Counted from the first letter of the stretch, positions 7,610 through 17,100 are shown. The stretch: DNA of 20,000 nucleotides from an uncultured virus (IMG/VR IMGVR_UViG_2568526354_000007) (IMGVR_UViG_2568526354_000007), one strand, 5' to 3'. Notes: a model not told the origin generated them from the letters alone. Numbers and translations are program-made.

Positions 7610-8878
7610 TTAAGTATAGGCTCCGGTAGCGGTGGCTACTTCACCGGCAACAACTGTAACCTGTGTATTTGCCGGTTTGGTCTTGCCATCGGCATCAGTG
7701 AACTCGATGGTGTATTTTCCCGGAGGAAGTCCAATGATGCATTGGCCGTTACCGCGTTTGGCAACTTTTCCCTGGATACTCCATTGGCCTTTGTCGGTGC
7801 CGGTGATGGCTACCTGTACTCCACCGGTTTTACAATAGTCGCCGGCCAGGTCGAGAGATTCGTTCTTCTGCTCGTTACAGCGGAAGACTTTCTCATGCCA
7901 GTCATTGATACGTGTATCGTATCCTGCCTGCAACCAGAACTGCCATTCGTTCGGGTCCTCGTAAATATCACGTATCTGGCAGAATTTAGAAGCCGCTTGA
8001 GTATTGAACGCCACGTCTATGTTACCAACTTTCTGAAGGGTCAGCCTGGAACCTTGGCCTAAAGCTTCGTGGGAGGAGACAATCAGGTTCGGACACATGG
8101 CGTCTTCCCGCAAGAGTTCAAGCATGCGTTGCATGGAAGGATATTCCTGCATGCGTAACTTATTACGTAATGCTGAACGGGCAGCTTTCAAAACGGTTTC
8201 AGCACACAAAAGCTGTGGTACACCGCCTATTGAAGAACGAAGGTAGGTGTTTGCCCCTCCGATCCATTCCACCAGATTCTCGTAAGCTGCATAATCTGTA
8301 TCTGATGTTGGCGCGGCAAACTCTCCGGAAATAGCGAAATTACCACGGGCCGCATTTACATCGCCACGAGTGATCAGCATGTCCATCTTGGTATAAATAC
8401 CATCGAAAGCCCCGCCGGGTGAGTTGGAATCTTCATCCCGTTCGGCAGAGAACAGGCTATATACGATATCTTCCAGATGCGAACGTACCAGGGTAAATGC
8501 AACCTTGGTTTCCATCGGATGTTTTTTTGTAGTGTTGCTTACCGGAGTGCCACCGATGATCAGCAGTTCGTTATCATCGTACTTCTGGGAGTTTTCTTTG
8601 GTGATGCAGACAACATCTTTCGGCTCGATGACTGAGGGTTCGTAACCTAAGAGTTTATCGACCAGTCCGAAGTTCTTTCCGATTTTATACGATTGCGTAC
8701 CACCGGCACGACGACGCTCGTTGATACGTGCGTGTTTGCCTTGCAGGTCCATAACATTCAGCTTCAGTAGGTTTGCCACTTCGGTGAGGGTGGCAAACGG
8801 CAGCGCACGAAGTTCCTGGTCATAAATGACCAGTGCTTCGTTCAGTTTAGAGACATCAATTAGTTTATTTGCAGCCAT
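7610..8878 (-). CDS. Major capsid protein with C-terminal Ig/PEGA-like domain
   Basis: Directly downstream of the prohead protease; 422 aa; capsid-like FDGI motif; C-terminal about 70 aa includes GLPPGKYTIEF...VTVVAGEVAT. Confidence 0.75.
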   Translation of the reverse strand: MAANKLIDVSKLNEALVIYDQELRALPFATLTEVANLLKLNVMDLQGKHARINERRRAGGTQSYKIGKNFGLVDKLLGYEPSVIEPKDVVCITKENSQKYDDNELLIIGGTPVSNTTKKHPMETKVAFTLVRSHLEDIVYSLFSAERDEDSNSPGGAFDGIYTKMDMLITRGDVNAARGNFAISGEFAAPTSDTDYAAYENLVEWIGGANTYLRSSIGGVPQLLCAETVLKAARSALRNKLRMQEYPSMQRMLELLREDAMCPNLIVSSHEALGQGSRLTLQKVGNIDVAFNTQAASKFCQIRDIYEDPNEWQFWLQAGYDTRINDWHEKVFRCNEQKNESLDLAGDYCKTGGVQVAITGTDKGQWSIQGKVAKRGNGQCIIGLPPGKYTIEFTDADGKTKPANTQVTVVAGEVATATGAYT

Positions 8879-8913
8879 TTGAATAGACTTTTTAATAGTT
8901 AAAGTTTAGGTTA

Positions 8914-9891
8914 TTAATACAGGCCCTCAGCTTTTAATTTCTCGGTGATGGCTTGATAGTTTCCTGCGTTCTGGTCACAAAAAGCAGATAACTCTTCCTG
9001 GGTTCCGCTACCTTCAGGCTCTTGTTCAGGAGTCAGACCGGCATGCCCCGGTGTAGGACCGTTCTTCAGATTCTTCACTTGCTCTTCAAGTTGGGTGATT
9101 TTAGAATCCTTCTCAGTGATAGAGTTCTTGAGAGTACTAATCTCGTTATCCTTGCCGGATGTAGAACCGTTCAGCTCTGTAATCTTCGCGTTGGCAGAGT
9201 TAAGTTTCTCTTCAATATCGGTCTTAGCCTGTACAAGAGTAGCGTTCTCTGTCTTTAATCGTTCCATTTCAGCATGGATAGAGTCCAGGTTTTCAGCAGA
9301 CAGTTCGGTGGTTTCCGCTTTATCTTTTGAAATTCCCAGGAAAGAGAGGAAGCCGGTCCATGATGGTTTGTAATTCATTGCCTTTTCTTTTGGGATTGTT
9401 AATGCTGGCACAATATTCGTGTCCATACCCGCTGCCAGTAAAACGGAGGAGGAACGGTCGTATAAGCGCACGGCATGGGAGTTGGCCGGGATATCCACGA
9501 TGGAAGCCTCCATAACTTCTGCTTTGGTAACAGTTTCGCGTGTTTGTCCCGGAAGCAGATATTCTTTTTCGGAGGATGTGGCCAGGATACGTATACCAAT
9601 ACTTGCGGCCCGTAAGGTCCCTGCTTCGTATTTTGCGGCAATGGTCTTCGATAAATCGTCTACCTTGTCGAAAACAGGAATAGCAGAAAGCACGTCGTCC
9701 TCTATCTTGATATCGTCCCAATATCCGATTGCTTTGTAATCACACCATAGGGGTGATCCTTCATCACGGAAATGCCCATACAGCATCACCGGGTTGTCAA
9801 TGAAAGCTTCAAGAAGAAGTCCAGCAGTAAGAACCCGGTAGCCGTACCGGTTGAGTGATGAATCTGATAAGATGATGCGTTTTTGGCTCAT
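8914..9891 (-). CDS. HK97-type prohead protease fused to a coiled-coil scaffold region
   Basis: NPVMLYGH (catalytic His), GTLRAASIG (catalytic Ser), EASIVDIPAN; coiled-coil C-terminal half. Confidence 0.9.
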   Translation of the reverse strand: MSQKRIILSDSSLNRYGYRVLTAGLLLEAFIDNPVMLYGHFRDEGSPLWCDYKAIGYWDDIKIEDDVLSAIPVFDKVDDLSKTIAAKYEAGTLRAASIGIRILATSSEKEYLLPGQTRETVTKAEVMEASIVDIPANSHAVRLYDRSSSVLLAAGMDTNIVPALTIPKEKAMNYKPSWTGFLSFLGISKDKAETTELSAENLDSIHAEMERLKTENATLVQAKTDIEEKLNSANAKITELNGSTSGKDNEISTLKNSITEKDSKITQLEEQVKNLKNGPTPGHAGLTPEQEPEGSGTQEELSAFCDQNAGNYQAITEKLKAEGLY

Positions 9892-9904
9892 TGCACTTAT
9901 TTTG

Positions 9905-9942
9905 TTGCAATGATACGGCTATATATAATGATGCCGAAGGAC
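9905..9942 (-). promoter_or_regulatory. Putative late promoter GTCCTT-N21-TATCATTGCAA
   Basis: Directly upstream of the protease ATG; same architecture and spacing as 182-219. Confidence 0.65.
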
Positions 9943-9944
9943 GG

Positions 9945-10400
9945 TTATAACTCTGTAACAGGTAGTGGAGGATAGGCGCCTTTTCCGGAAAAAGTGGCTT
10001 CAATTCCGGAGAGGTCGGAGGCTTTGGTTCCTGTTTTCTCTATCACGGTTCCCAGAAGCGGGTACTCTTTGCTTCCATATAATCGGATATTGCCATTCGC
10101 ATCCTTGCATCTTACTACGCAACCACGTACATTGATAGTCCGCAGGATGTGAAGTTCTGAATCTGTCAGTCCTGTGCGTTTCAGGCGGATGGTAAGGGTC
10201 TGTTTATATAGCGTACCGGCTTGAGTGTCGTCCGCTTCCACATCTGGAGAAACTCCCATATAGGTGATAGGCAGGTTTCTCCAGGTATTGGGCCGGTGAA
10301 GGCTGATAACGGCTGAGTGATTGATGACTGAAAATAAACTTATTTCATCCGTGAACAGGAAATCTGCCTGAATGACTCCTCCGATATTGTTTGTATTCAT
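9945..10400 (-). CDS. Structural protein, paralogous to the 6832-7551 tube-like protein
   Basis: Shared motifs NNIGG/NNMGG, YKQTL/FKQTL, KDANGNIRLYG/EDSDGQQFLMG, G.KASDLSG/GKLAADQRG. Confidence 0.6.
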   Translation of the reverse strand: MNTNNIGGVIQADFLFTDEISLFSVINHSAVISLHRPNTWRNLPITYMGVSPDVEADDTQAGTLYKQTLTIRLKRTGLTDSELHILRTINVRGCVVRCKDANGNIRLYGSKEYPLLGTVIEKTGTKASDLSGIEATFSGKGAYPPLPVTEL

Positions 10401-10493
10401 ATTCTGTTGATTTACAATATACTATCTGTGATTCTCTCTTTTCGAACATTTTTCACTCAAAAAAAGGACATTTAACTACGCTTACTCGATGAA

Positions 10494-10964
10494 TTATTCT
10501 CGCTTTTTATAGCTCCTTTTTTCTTTTCTCCTCACTTTTGCCCTCCAACGCTGGTAGTGTTTGAGAAAAGCTTCTTCCGTAAGAGAATCAATTCCATATC
10601 TGCGCATGAAGAATTGCACTCCATCAATGTATTTGATTCCGTACCGGTGCTTCTGTTCGTCCAGGTATTCATGCAACTCCGCCCACATCATCAATTCTAT
10701 TTTCCGGGAAATGATCACCTGGGAGCGAAGTCCTAAATAGTTGTAGGTCACTGGCGATTTGCCTATACTTCGTTCAGGCAGACAGATTTCTAAATTACCA
10801 CGATCAACCGGAGCTTCCGACGGTCTCTTCTGGAGAAGGTCGAATATTACGTGATAGATATCCAGGTTATCAGGAAAACGGACCGGATCAGAGGTCAGGT
10901 GACAGTATTTGCCGCGGATATACTCACATAGATGCGGAGGAACTTCGATTTTGGTAGTTATCAT
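10494..10964 (-). CDS. Phage protein, candidate late-transcription regulator
   Basis: 156 aa with a highly basic C-terminus; lies between the replication region and the structural operon; function inferred from position only. Confidence 0.45.
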   Translation of the reverse strand: MITTKIEVPPHLCEYIRGKYCHLTSDPVRFPDNLDIYHVIFDLLQKRPSEAPVDRGNLEICLPERSIGKSPVTYNYLGLRSQVIISRKIELMMWAELHEYLDEQKHRYGIKYIDGVQFFMRRYGIDSLTEEAFLKHYQRWRAKVRRKEKRSYKKRE

Positions 10965-11059
10965 TTAGGTCATAGAATGGTTTACGCTAATATACAAAGT
11001 TTTGCGGACATAAACAAGACTTTCCGGAACAAACTAATCCCCCTTGCAAAAACGGTACT

Positions 11060-11303
11060 CCTTTTTTGTGCAACTGTGTAAATCGTGCAGTATTATCATA
11101 TAATGTGTTGATTATAATTGGTTTATGTCTGCACGAAACATGGTACGTTTTTGTACGATTGGTTCATTGTGCGTACAAAATACAATTTTGTGCAATTTAG
11201 TACGAGGCGTACGTTTTTGTACGAAATTTGTGCTCTGTTTAATTATTTGATTTATAGTGTAATAAATACCGAATTGCACCTGTCTGCACGAAAGCACAAA
11301 AAT
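11060..11303. repeat. AT-rich region with iterated TT(T/C)GT(A/G)C motifs; putative replication origin
   Basis: Exact repeats GTACGTTTTTGTACGA 11143-11158 and 11209-11224, TGTCTGCACGAAA 11126-11138 and 11281-11293; further short copies in both orientations; downstream of primase/SSB. Confidence 0.6.
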
Positions 11304-11452
11304 ATTCTATATTTTTAAGGTAGTCTTTTTTACAGAAGAAAGAAAAAATAAAAATAATATATAGACACCTTGTTGCCGGCTTTACTTCGTCTCAGGCACA
11401 GTTGTTCAAAACGTTCTTCTAAGCAAAAGGGGGTAAAGGGGGAACGCCCCCC

Positions 11453-11489
11453 AAAAACAAAGCCGCGATACGCTGATGCGTACCGCGGC
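11453..11489 (-). terminator. Rho-independent terminator of the early/replication operon
   Basis: Minus strand GCCGCGGTACGC-ATCA-GCGTATCGCGGC followed by TTTGTTTTT, 22 nt after the stop at 11512. Confidence 0.75.
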
Positions 11490-11511
11490 CGGATAAATGT
11501 TTCGACTTGTG

Positions 11512-11841
11512 CTATCGCAAATCATTCGGATAAAACACCTGAGATACCAACTCGTACTCACGGGGCATTGACTTCACACCTACACAAACACATATACCTC
11601 TTGCTGCAAGCTCATAGAGCCGTTGTGTTGTGACGATAGAACCCCGGAAATGATAGTTACTGCAAAGCACAAAATATGCAGTTGCCAGGTCAAAGGAATA
11701 AATGTCCTTGCTTATGATCTTGAGTGCATCGGACGGAATCTTGGCAAAACCTAAACGAACGGCCAGGCGTGCGATCAACTGCTCACGCTCGACGGGATCA
11801 GGAGATATGACTACGAATATTTTATTCTCTTTTTTTATCAT
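11512..11841 (-). CDS. Hypothetical protein (possible degenerate P-loop-like alpha/beta fold)
   Basis: 109-aa ORF; IFVVISPDPVEREQLIARLAVRLG has the spacing of a kinase N-terminus but lacks GK[ST]. Confidence 0.7.
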   Translation of the reverse strand: MIKKENKIFVVISPDPVEREQLIARLAVRLGFAKIPSDALKIISKDIYSFDLATAYFVLCSNYHFRGSIVTTQRLYELAARGICVCVGVKSMPREYELVSQVFYPNDLR

Positions 11842-11907
11842 TATAATGTTGTGTATATCAAATAAAAGACGTATCTTTATAGGGTAATAAATTGGGATAA
11901 TATACTC

Positions 11908-12237
11908 CTATCGTCGTGAGTAGAAATGAACCCAGGATTTGGATTTTACGAACTTCGCGCACCGGCGAATAATTGTATAATCATCCGAAAACTCAAGTAA
12001 TGCATCCGTCAACTCTTTCTGTTCCGTCTCTTCCTGAATAATCCAACATGCACACTTTATAAACAAGTCATAGGAGGACGCCTCACAGTGATCCATTACA
12101 CGAATACTTCCGCATTCCGGAATGCTATCCAGCAGCAGATACACTGCGTTATAAAAGCGATTAAAGCGCTCCGGATTCTCTTTGTATACGGATATCAATT
12201 CGTTAATATTGGTCAGTTTAAAAGAAGATAGGTTCAT
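11908..12237 (-). CDS. Hypothetical phage protein
   Basis: 109-aa ORF in the operon after ssb. Confidence 0.75.
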   Translation of the reverse strand: MNLSSFKLTNINELISVYKENPERFNRFYNAVYLLLDSIPECGSIRVMDHCEASSYDLFIKCACWIIQEETEQKELTDALLEFSDDYTIIRRCAKFVKSKSWVHFYSRR

Positions 12238-12248
12238 GGTATGTCATT

Positions 12249-12638
12249 TTATGGATTATAACTCAATTTCTGCTCGGGTTCCGGAGGGAGTGGGGGAGCC
12301 TCCCGCTTGGGATCAAGCATTTCAATACTTTCGGCTACGATTTCAGAAACGGTTCGTTTCTGACCGTCATTTGTTTCATACTTCCGGGTTGTGAATCTGC
12401 CTTCAATATACAGTTTGCTCCCTTTGTGGGTGTACTTCTCAATGGTTTCCGCCAATCCCCTCCAGGCTACGACGGGTATCCATTCGGTTCTCTCCGGAAT
12501 CGTTTGACCGGCTTTGTTTGTATAAGTACGCTCTGTACATGCAATAGAAAATTGGGCTACTTTGATACCGGCTTCAGTGGTACGGACCTCGGCATCACGT
12601 CCCATGTTGCCGATAAAAATACATTTGTTTACACTCAT
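12249..12638 (-). CDS. ssb: Single-stranded DNA-binding protein
   Basis: MSVNKCIFIGNMGRDAEVR, TEWIPVVAW, KGSKLYIEGRFTTRKY are classic SSB OB-fold motifs. Confidence 0.95.
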   Translation of the reverse strand: MSVNKCIFIGNMGRDAEVRTTEAGIKVAQFSIACTERTYTNKAGQTIPERTEWIPVVAWRGLAETIEKYTHKGSKLYIEGRFTTRKYETNDGQKRTVSEIVAESIEMLDPKREAPPLPPEPEQKLSYNP

Positions 12639-12654
12639 TGTTTTTATGTTTAAG

Positions 12655-15600
12655 TTAGAAAACGAGTTTACCTGTCGGTTGTGCTAACCGGCTATTATCT
12701 TCTTCCGGGATAGGTTGGGCTCCGGTTCCTACCGTAAAGTACTCTACACCTCCGGATTTATCATCTACAACCGCCTTCCCGTCCTTATCGACTTGAAAAG
12801 GTTTTCCGGTTATACTGTCATATTTGTGAGGATTGAATACATAACCTTTCCATGCGCAATACATTATAAATTTCTTCTTAAATGCGGTTGGTGATACAAA
12901 CTTTCGTTGCTGATTGTCGTATTGGCAAAATGCGTCATATAAATCTTTCCGGGGTAAACGGACATTGAGATGTTCTTCTCCGGAGAAGTATTCATCAGCC
13001 CAGGAGATGAGGGTTTCACCCATTTCCTGACGCAGCTTTCTTTGCTCTAACCTTTCGCCGGGAGCCTGGACAACGCCATAAGTCAAATACAATTGGACGC
13101 AATTGGCCAACAGGTTCCAGGTAAGATTCCATTGTTCAAAATCCCACTCCGAGAAGAAGAGGACCCCGAAGTCGTCAACCGGCTTATGGGTATCGTTATA
13201 GAAATCGGAGAATGCAAGTAGCCACTGGCGGTCCGTGTAACTTGAACCACTGCCACGGATGGCATGGTTGGTAGCAATATACATTTTTGGTGATCGCGCA
13301 AATGGTAAAGTGATCCTTCTACCTCCTTTATAATTTACTGACCAATCCCCGGTAATGTTGGGGAACAGAAATTCAAAGTTGAAGTTTTGTAACACGTCGT
13401 CAATAAAAACGAGTTTAGTGTTTTCCTGAATGTCATTCCATACAAATTGATCATTAAAAAGATCAGAGCGTTTTCCGGGAATATAGGCTGTAGGAATGAT
13501 ATTACGCATCAATTCCCCTACAAGTGATTTCCCGGAACGGCCATTACTTTCTCCTACTTCAGATTGCTTGCCATCCATGCCGATGACAGCTCTGGCCACA
13601 TTATTGTCTTTCGCTTCCATAACCATGTATCCGATTGCACACAGTTTACTAAGGAGATGGATACGATTTTCATTCTCTTCTTCCGGCTCTATTTCTTCAG
13701 CAGATTTTCGCCAGGTAAAGTTACTGGTGTTGATCAGGAACTGGAGGTAATGGGATTTCTTACCGGCCTCTGAAAGTTCATAAGTAAATGTATTGTCTTG
13801 CCGGCTAAAAGTAACCAACGGTTTACCCAGATATTTGGCCGGTGTCATTTTACGTTGCTCTTCCCAGATGTGGTGTGTGATATTCTCGTAACCGAGTTCG
13901 CTTACAGAGTCTCTTGTGACCAGCCAGCAATTTTTATCAAAATAGAAATACTGGGATTCCCGGTTGGGCTTAACGAAATTGGGCTGAATGAACTCAAGCA
14001 GGGATAACTTGTCCGGACCCACATATTGAGACACGCCTTTAATCAACATTTCATTTACCTCAGTCTTGCAATTATGCTTGGCAAACTGAAACAGGTAGTC
14101 ACGGGCATCAGAGGCATCGATAGCACGAACAACAGGCGGTTCAAGGTGAATGAACTGATAACTCTTATCAATTCTCCGAAGACGTCCGAATCCTCTGTTT
14201 TGCAAGAAGTTTTGTGAGTTGACATAGCAGAACTCGTATTCAATACGTTCATTTTGGCTACGATCATATTTAGTGACTTCTCTCCAGAACTTTTCATCAT
14301 CGTCAAAAGGTTGTGCCAAGATTACTTTTCCATGTTCGTCGAATTTCCATCGATATCGGCCGAATAGGAACTCCGGCAGGTTACGCAGGAGGTCGGCATG
14401 ACGCTCGGCAAAGACTTCATGAGAGTGGAGTCCCCATAATTCTTGCAATTTATGATCTGTCCAGGTAGTTACCTTGAACATCTCAATGTATTTGCCCAAA
14501 CCTTTCTTTTCATTGCATGCAAACTCGATATCGGCGGCCAGCTCTTCTTCTTTTCCACGCAGAGAATTTGCAAGCAGATCATCAAGGCCTTTGTCTCCTG
14601 CTTCGTTCTTATTAATGTGTCCGACGAATATTTCAACGAAGATGTTCCGGTTCTTGAGAGAACGCATATATTCTTTGAAATTTTTTGCTGCATAGAAAAA
14701 ACAGCGGGGACGCTTTTCGACCTGATCATTGATCCGGATATTGGAGCTGATATCGTCCCAGTCCGAATCAAAGATAAAAGCAACCTCCTGTACCTCACAG
14801 GTAGAGATGATCTTCACCAGGTCTTCCGGAAGGGCACCGTAAAGACCGAGATTCTGTATACCGCTGACTGCGATTGAGGGGATGCCGTGCTTACATGCTT
14901 TCTCTGCTTTCTTTTCACCTTCCTGAATATAGAGGCGGGGGATCTTTGTCTTTGATTTATAGAGACTGCGTATGCGCTCCGGAATATAGATCGGAGTACC
15001 GCTGCCACGCGGGGATTTGTATTTGTAAGGTTTACCCTCTTTATCAAGATGGGCATCCGGAAACTGCCATCTGATACGATAATATTCTTGAGGAGTACCA
15101 ACGTCCCTTCTTTTATTATCTTTCCGAGTGAAGACAACCGGCATTCCTTCCAGATCATAATATTCAATGATGACATCATCTCCCTTAGTGGTTAACATTC
15201 CTCGTTCATCAATGGTACCAGGACGGAAAGTACGTTGTTCGAATATACTTTGTGTATCTCCTGTCTTATAGACTTTTGCTGTGACATCCTCAAAGGTAAG
15301 ACCTGACTCTGCCAGCATCCTGGCACAATAACTGTCGACATCGATACCTTTGGCCGCCTTGCTGCCTTTTTTCATCTTTTTTGCCGGCTGTTTCTTGATG
15401 GCCGGACGTTGATCGAGAATGACATTGAATTTTTTGGCAAGGTATTCAAGAGCATCATTGAAAGTCATTCCTTCAGCGGACATTAAGAAAGAAACCGAAT
15501 CTCCACCTTTCAATTCATTGCATCCAAAGCATTTAAAGATTTGTTTGGCCGGACTAATTGAGAGTTTCTTTGCGGCTTTGCACCGGGGACAATCGCAATT

Positions 15601-15708
15601 GTAATTCACTCCGGAGCGTTTGAGTTCATGGAAGTCTTGTGCAACATCAAGCAAATGTCCTGTGGCAGCATCTTTGATACGCCTTATCTCATCATCATTA
15701 AAATACAT
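12655..15708 (-). CDS. Zinc-finger DNA primase / P-loop helicase fusion
   Basis: N-terminal CPRC...CFGC zinc finger, TOPRIM-like IQEGEKKA, FDSD and KGLDD, C-terminal Walker A GRSGKS, Walker B VFIDD, motif C ATNH. Confidence 0.9.
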   Translation of the reverse strand: MYFNDDEIRRIKDAATGHLLDVAQDFHELKRSGVNYNCDCPRCKAAKKLSISPAKQIFKCFGCNELKGGDSVSFLMSAEGMTFNDALEYLAKKFNVILDQRPAIKKQPAKKMKKGSKAAKGIDVDSYCARMLAESGLTFEDVTAKVYKTGDTQSIFEQRTFRPGTIDERGMLTTKGDDVIIEYYDLEGMPVVFTRKDNKRRDVGTPQEYYRIRWQFPDAHLDKEGKPYKYKSPRGSGTPIYIPERIRSLYKSKTKIPRLYIQEGEKKAEKACKHGIPSIAVSGIQNLGLYGALPEDLVKIISTCEVQEVAFIFDSDWDDISSNIRINDQVEKRPRCFFYAAKNFKEYMRSLKNRNIFVEIFVGHINKNEAGDKGLDDLLANSLRGKEEELAADIEFACNEKKGLGKYIEMFKVTTWTDHKLQELWGLHSHEVFAERHADLLRNLPEFLFGRYRWKFDEHGKVILAQPFDDDEKFWREVTKYDRSQNERIEYEFCYVNSQNFLQNRGFGRLRRIDKSYQFIHLEPPVVRAIDASDARDYLFQFAKHNCKTEVNEMLIKGVSQYVGPDKLSLLEFIQPNFVKPNRESQYFYFDKNCWLVTRDSVSELGYENITHHIWEEQRKMTPAKYLGKPLVTFSRQDNTFTYELSEAGKKSHYLQFLINTSNFTWRKSAEEIEPEEENENRIHLLSKLCAIGYMVMEAKDNNVARAVIGMDGKQSEVGESNGRSGKSLVGELMRNIIPTAYIPGKRSDLFNDQFVWNDIQENTKLVFIDDVLQNFNFEFLFPNITGDWSVNYKGGRRITLPFARSPKMYIATNHAIRGSGSSYTDRQWLLAFSDFYNDTHKPVDDFGVLFFSEWDFEQWNLTWNLLANCVQLYLTYGVVQAPGERLEQRKLRQEMGETLISWADEYFSGEEHLNVRLPRKDLYDAFCQYDNQQRKFVSPTAFKKKFIMYCAWKGYVFNPHKYDSITGKPFQVDKDGKAVVDDKSGGVEYFTVGTGAQPIPEEDNSRLAQPTGKLVF

Positions 15709-15795
15709 AGTTCAAGGGATTAGTTACATGATCAGTTCTGTTTCATTGATTCGGGATCAAATGAAACCATTTACAATGGATTGGCAGAGGACTGT

Positions 15796-15996
15796 TTATG
15801 GGAGATCGTACTCTTCAGTAACGGATTCGTTTATCACGCTCTGCAGAAGCTCCGGATCTTTATAGAGGAAGAGGACTTTAACCATACCGTCCTTTACAAC
15901 TCCCATTTCCATCTCAATTTCTAAATTGTTTTCGTGGACCTTATCTACGATCCGGTCTACGACTTGTTTGTCTAATTCAATTATATCTTTAAACAT
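15796..15996 (-). CDS. Small acidic hypothetical protein
   Basis: 66 aa, co-oriented with neighbours, purine-rich leader. Confidence 0.7.
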   Translation of the reverse strand: MFKDIIELDKQVVDRIVDKVHENNLEIEMEMGVVKDGMVKVLFLYKDPELLQSVINESVTEEYDLP

Positions 15997-16022
15997 AGGT
16001 TTTCCTTTCTTCTTATACAGTT

Positions 16023-16400
16023 TTATTCTAATGTCTTGTTATCATTACCATCTTCTATGACTTTATCCATAAATAAATCCAATGCTTTTATACATTTATC
16101 GGGAAGTTGCTTTGCTGTTTCATTCTGACGGATATAGTCTATAGTACCTCCAATACCCATGATGCGATACATTTCTTTGGTGCTTGGAAGAAACGTCAAT
16201 ATCAATACAGATACAGCTAATAAAACGCCTGAAATTTTTCTTGATTTATGGATACCTTTCTCTTTGCAGTCTTCATTGTTATAATATTCCACCCATGGAA
16301 TAATTAATGTAAACAGCAACCATATTGCTGACAAACAAGATAAGAGTATGAAAACACCTTGAATACTGTCTAATCTTTCAATCCAATATAATTCTTCCAT
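16023..16400 (-). CDS. Two-TM phage membrane protein
   Basis: Two hydrophobic segments; LYWIERLD and FLPSTKEMY motifs. Confidence 0.75.
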   Translation of the reverse strand: MEELYWIERLDSIQGVFILLSCLSAIWLLFTLIIPWVEYYNNEDCKEKGIHKSRKISGVLLAVSVLILTFLPSTKEMYRIMGIGGTIDYIRQNETAKQLPDKCIKALDLFMDKVIEDGNDNKTLE

Positions 16401-16461
16401 TTTATTTATAGGTTTTACAAAGCCCGCCCAAGGCTGTTTTATTTATTTTTTATTAATTAGT

Positions 16462-16890
16462 TTAGAGATATTTCTTTAGTTCTTCTCGATCTATAAAAAA
16501 GGCACATGCCATATACTTACCTGGTAAACCCATTGTCTGGGCAAGGGCATCATCTCCGCAAACTTTTTCAGTCCCAAAGCCAACGACTGAGCCACGCGGA
16601 TCATCTTTAACATCGACTATCGTAGTGGTCATTCTCAAACCTTTATTGTCATCTGCTGCCATTCTCTTAATAGCATCCAGAATTTTATTACCATCACTAT
16701 TCATTTCTTCTATGCTGTCTAATTTTCTCCTAAGCTCTATGATTTCATCCGAACGGGATTCATAACCAGCCGTTACACAATCACTGATGATTGTTGTTAA
16801 ATCAATGCCATGTACTTCAAGGCATTTTTCAATAAAGTCGCTATAATAGCGATTAATTTTTCCTTTTGCTTCTTCTATCTTTTGCTTCAT
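16462..16890 (-). CDS. Hypothetical phage protein
   Basis: 142-aa ORF in the early operon. Confidence 0.75.
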   Translation of the reverse strand: MKQKIEEAKGKINRYYSDFIEKCLEVHGIDLTTIISDCVTAGYESRSDEIIELRRKLDSIEEMNSDGNKILDAIKRMAADDNKGLRMTTTIVDVKDDPRGSVVGFGTEKVCGDDALAQTMGLPGKYMACAFFIDREELKKYL

Positions 16891-16907
16891 TTCTATTCTG
16901 TTATAAA

Positions 16908-17078
16908 TTAAATTCGATATTTGTCGAATAACTTTTTAAGCTCTTCCTCAAATTCAGCTTCTTGTTCTCTGGATATATAAATCAGAGTTTTATCATTAAC
17001 CTTGATTTTTGCTTCATATTCGTCTACTTCTTCCAAAACGAACTCAACACCAATATTTTCATAAATTGTTCTTGCCAT
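16908..17078 (-). CDS. Small acidic hypothetical protein (56 aa, not in the ORF track)
   Basis: Read by hand: MARTIYENIGVEFVLEEVDEYEAKIKVNDKTLIYISREQEAEFEEELKKLFDKYRI*; fills the operon gap. Confidence 0.7.
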   Translation of the reverse strand: MARTIYENIGVEFVLEEVDEYEAKIKVNDKTLIYISREQEAEFEEELKKLFDKYRI

Positions 17079-17100
17079 ATTCTTGTTCCTTTCTAAACTG

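Noticed and set aside
10432..10469. Third GTCCTT (minus strand, 10464-10469) upstream of the 151-aa gene
   Set aside because: No TAnnnTTG element at the 21-nt spacing, so not counted as a late promoter
11126..11293. Repeats as a CRISPR array
   Set aside because: Repeats are short, irregularly spaced and in both orientations; no cas genes
11112..11633. ORFs 11112-11297, 11118-11318 and 11370-11633
   Set aside because: They overlap the repeat field and terminator, use weak starts and have no protein-like features
2831..15604. Many 60-170 aa ORFs antisense to or out of frame within TerL, capsid, protease and primase
   Set aside because: They lie wholly inside long genes with clear motifs and show no recognisable domains; treated as shadow ORFs
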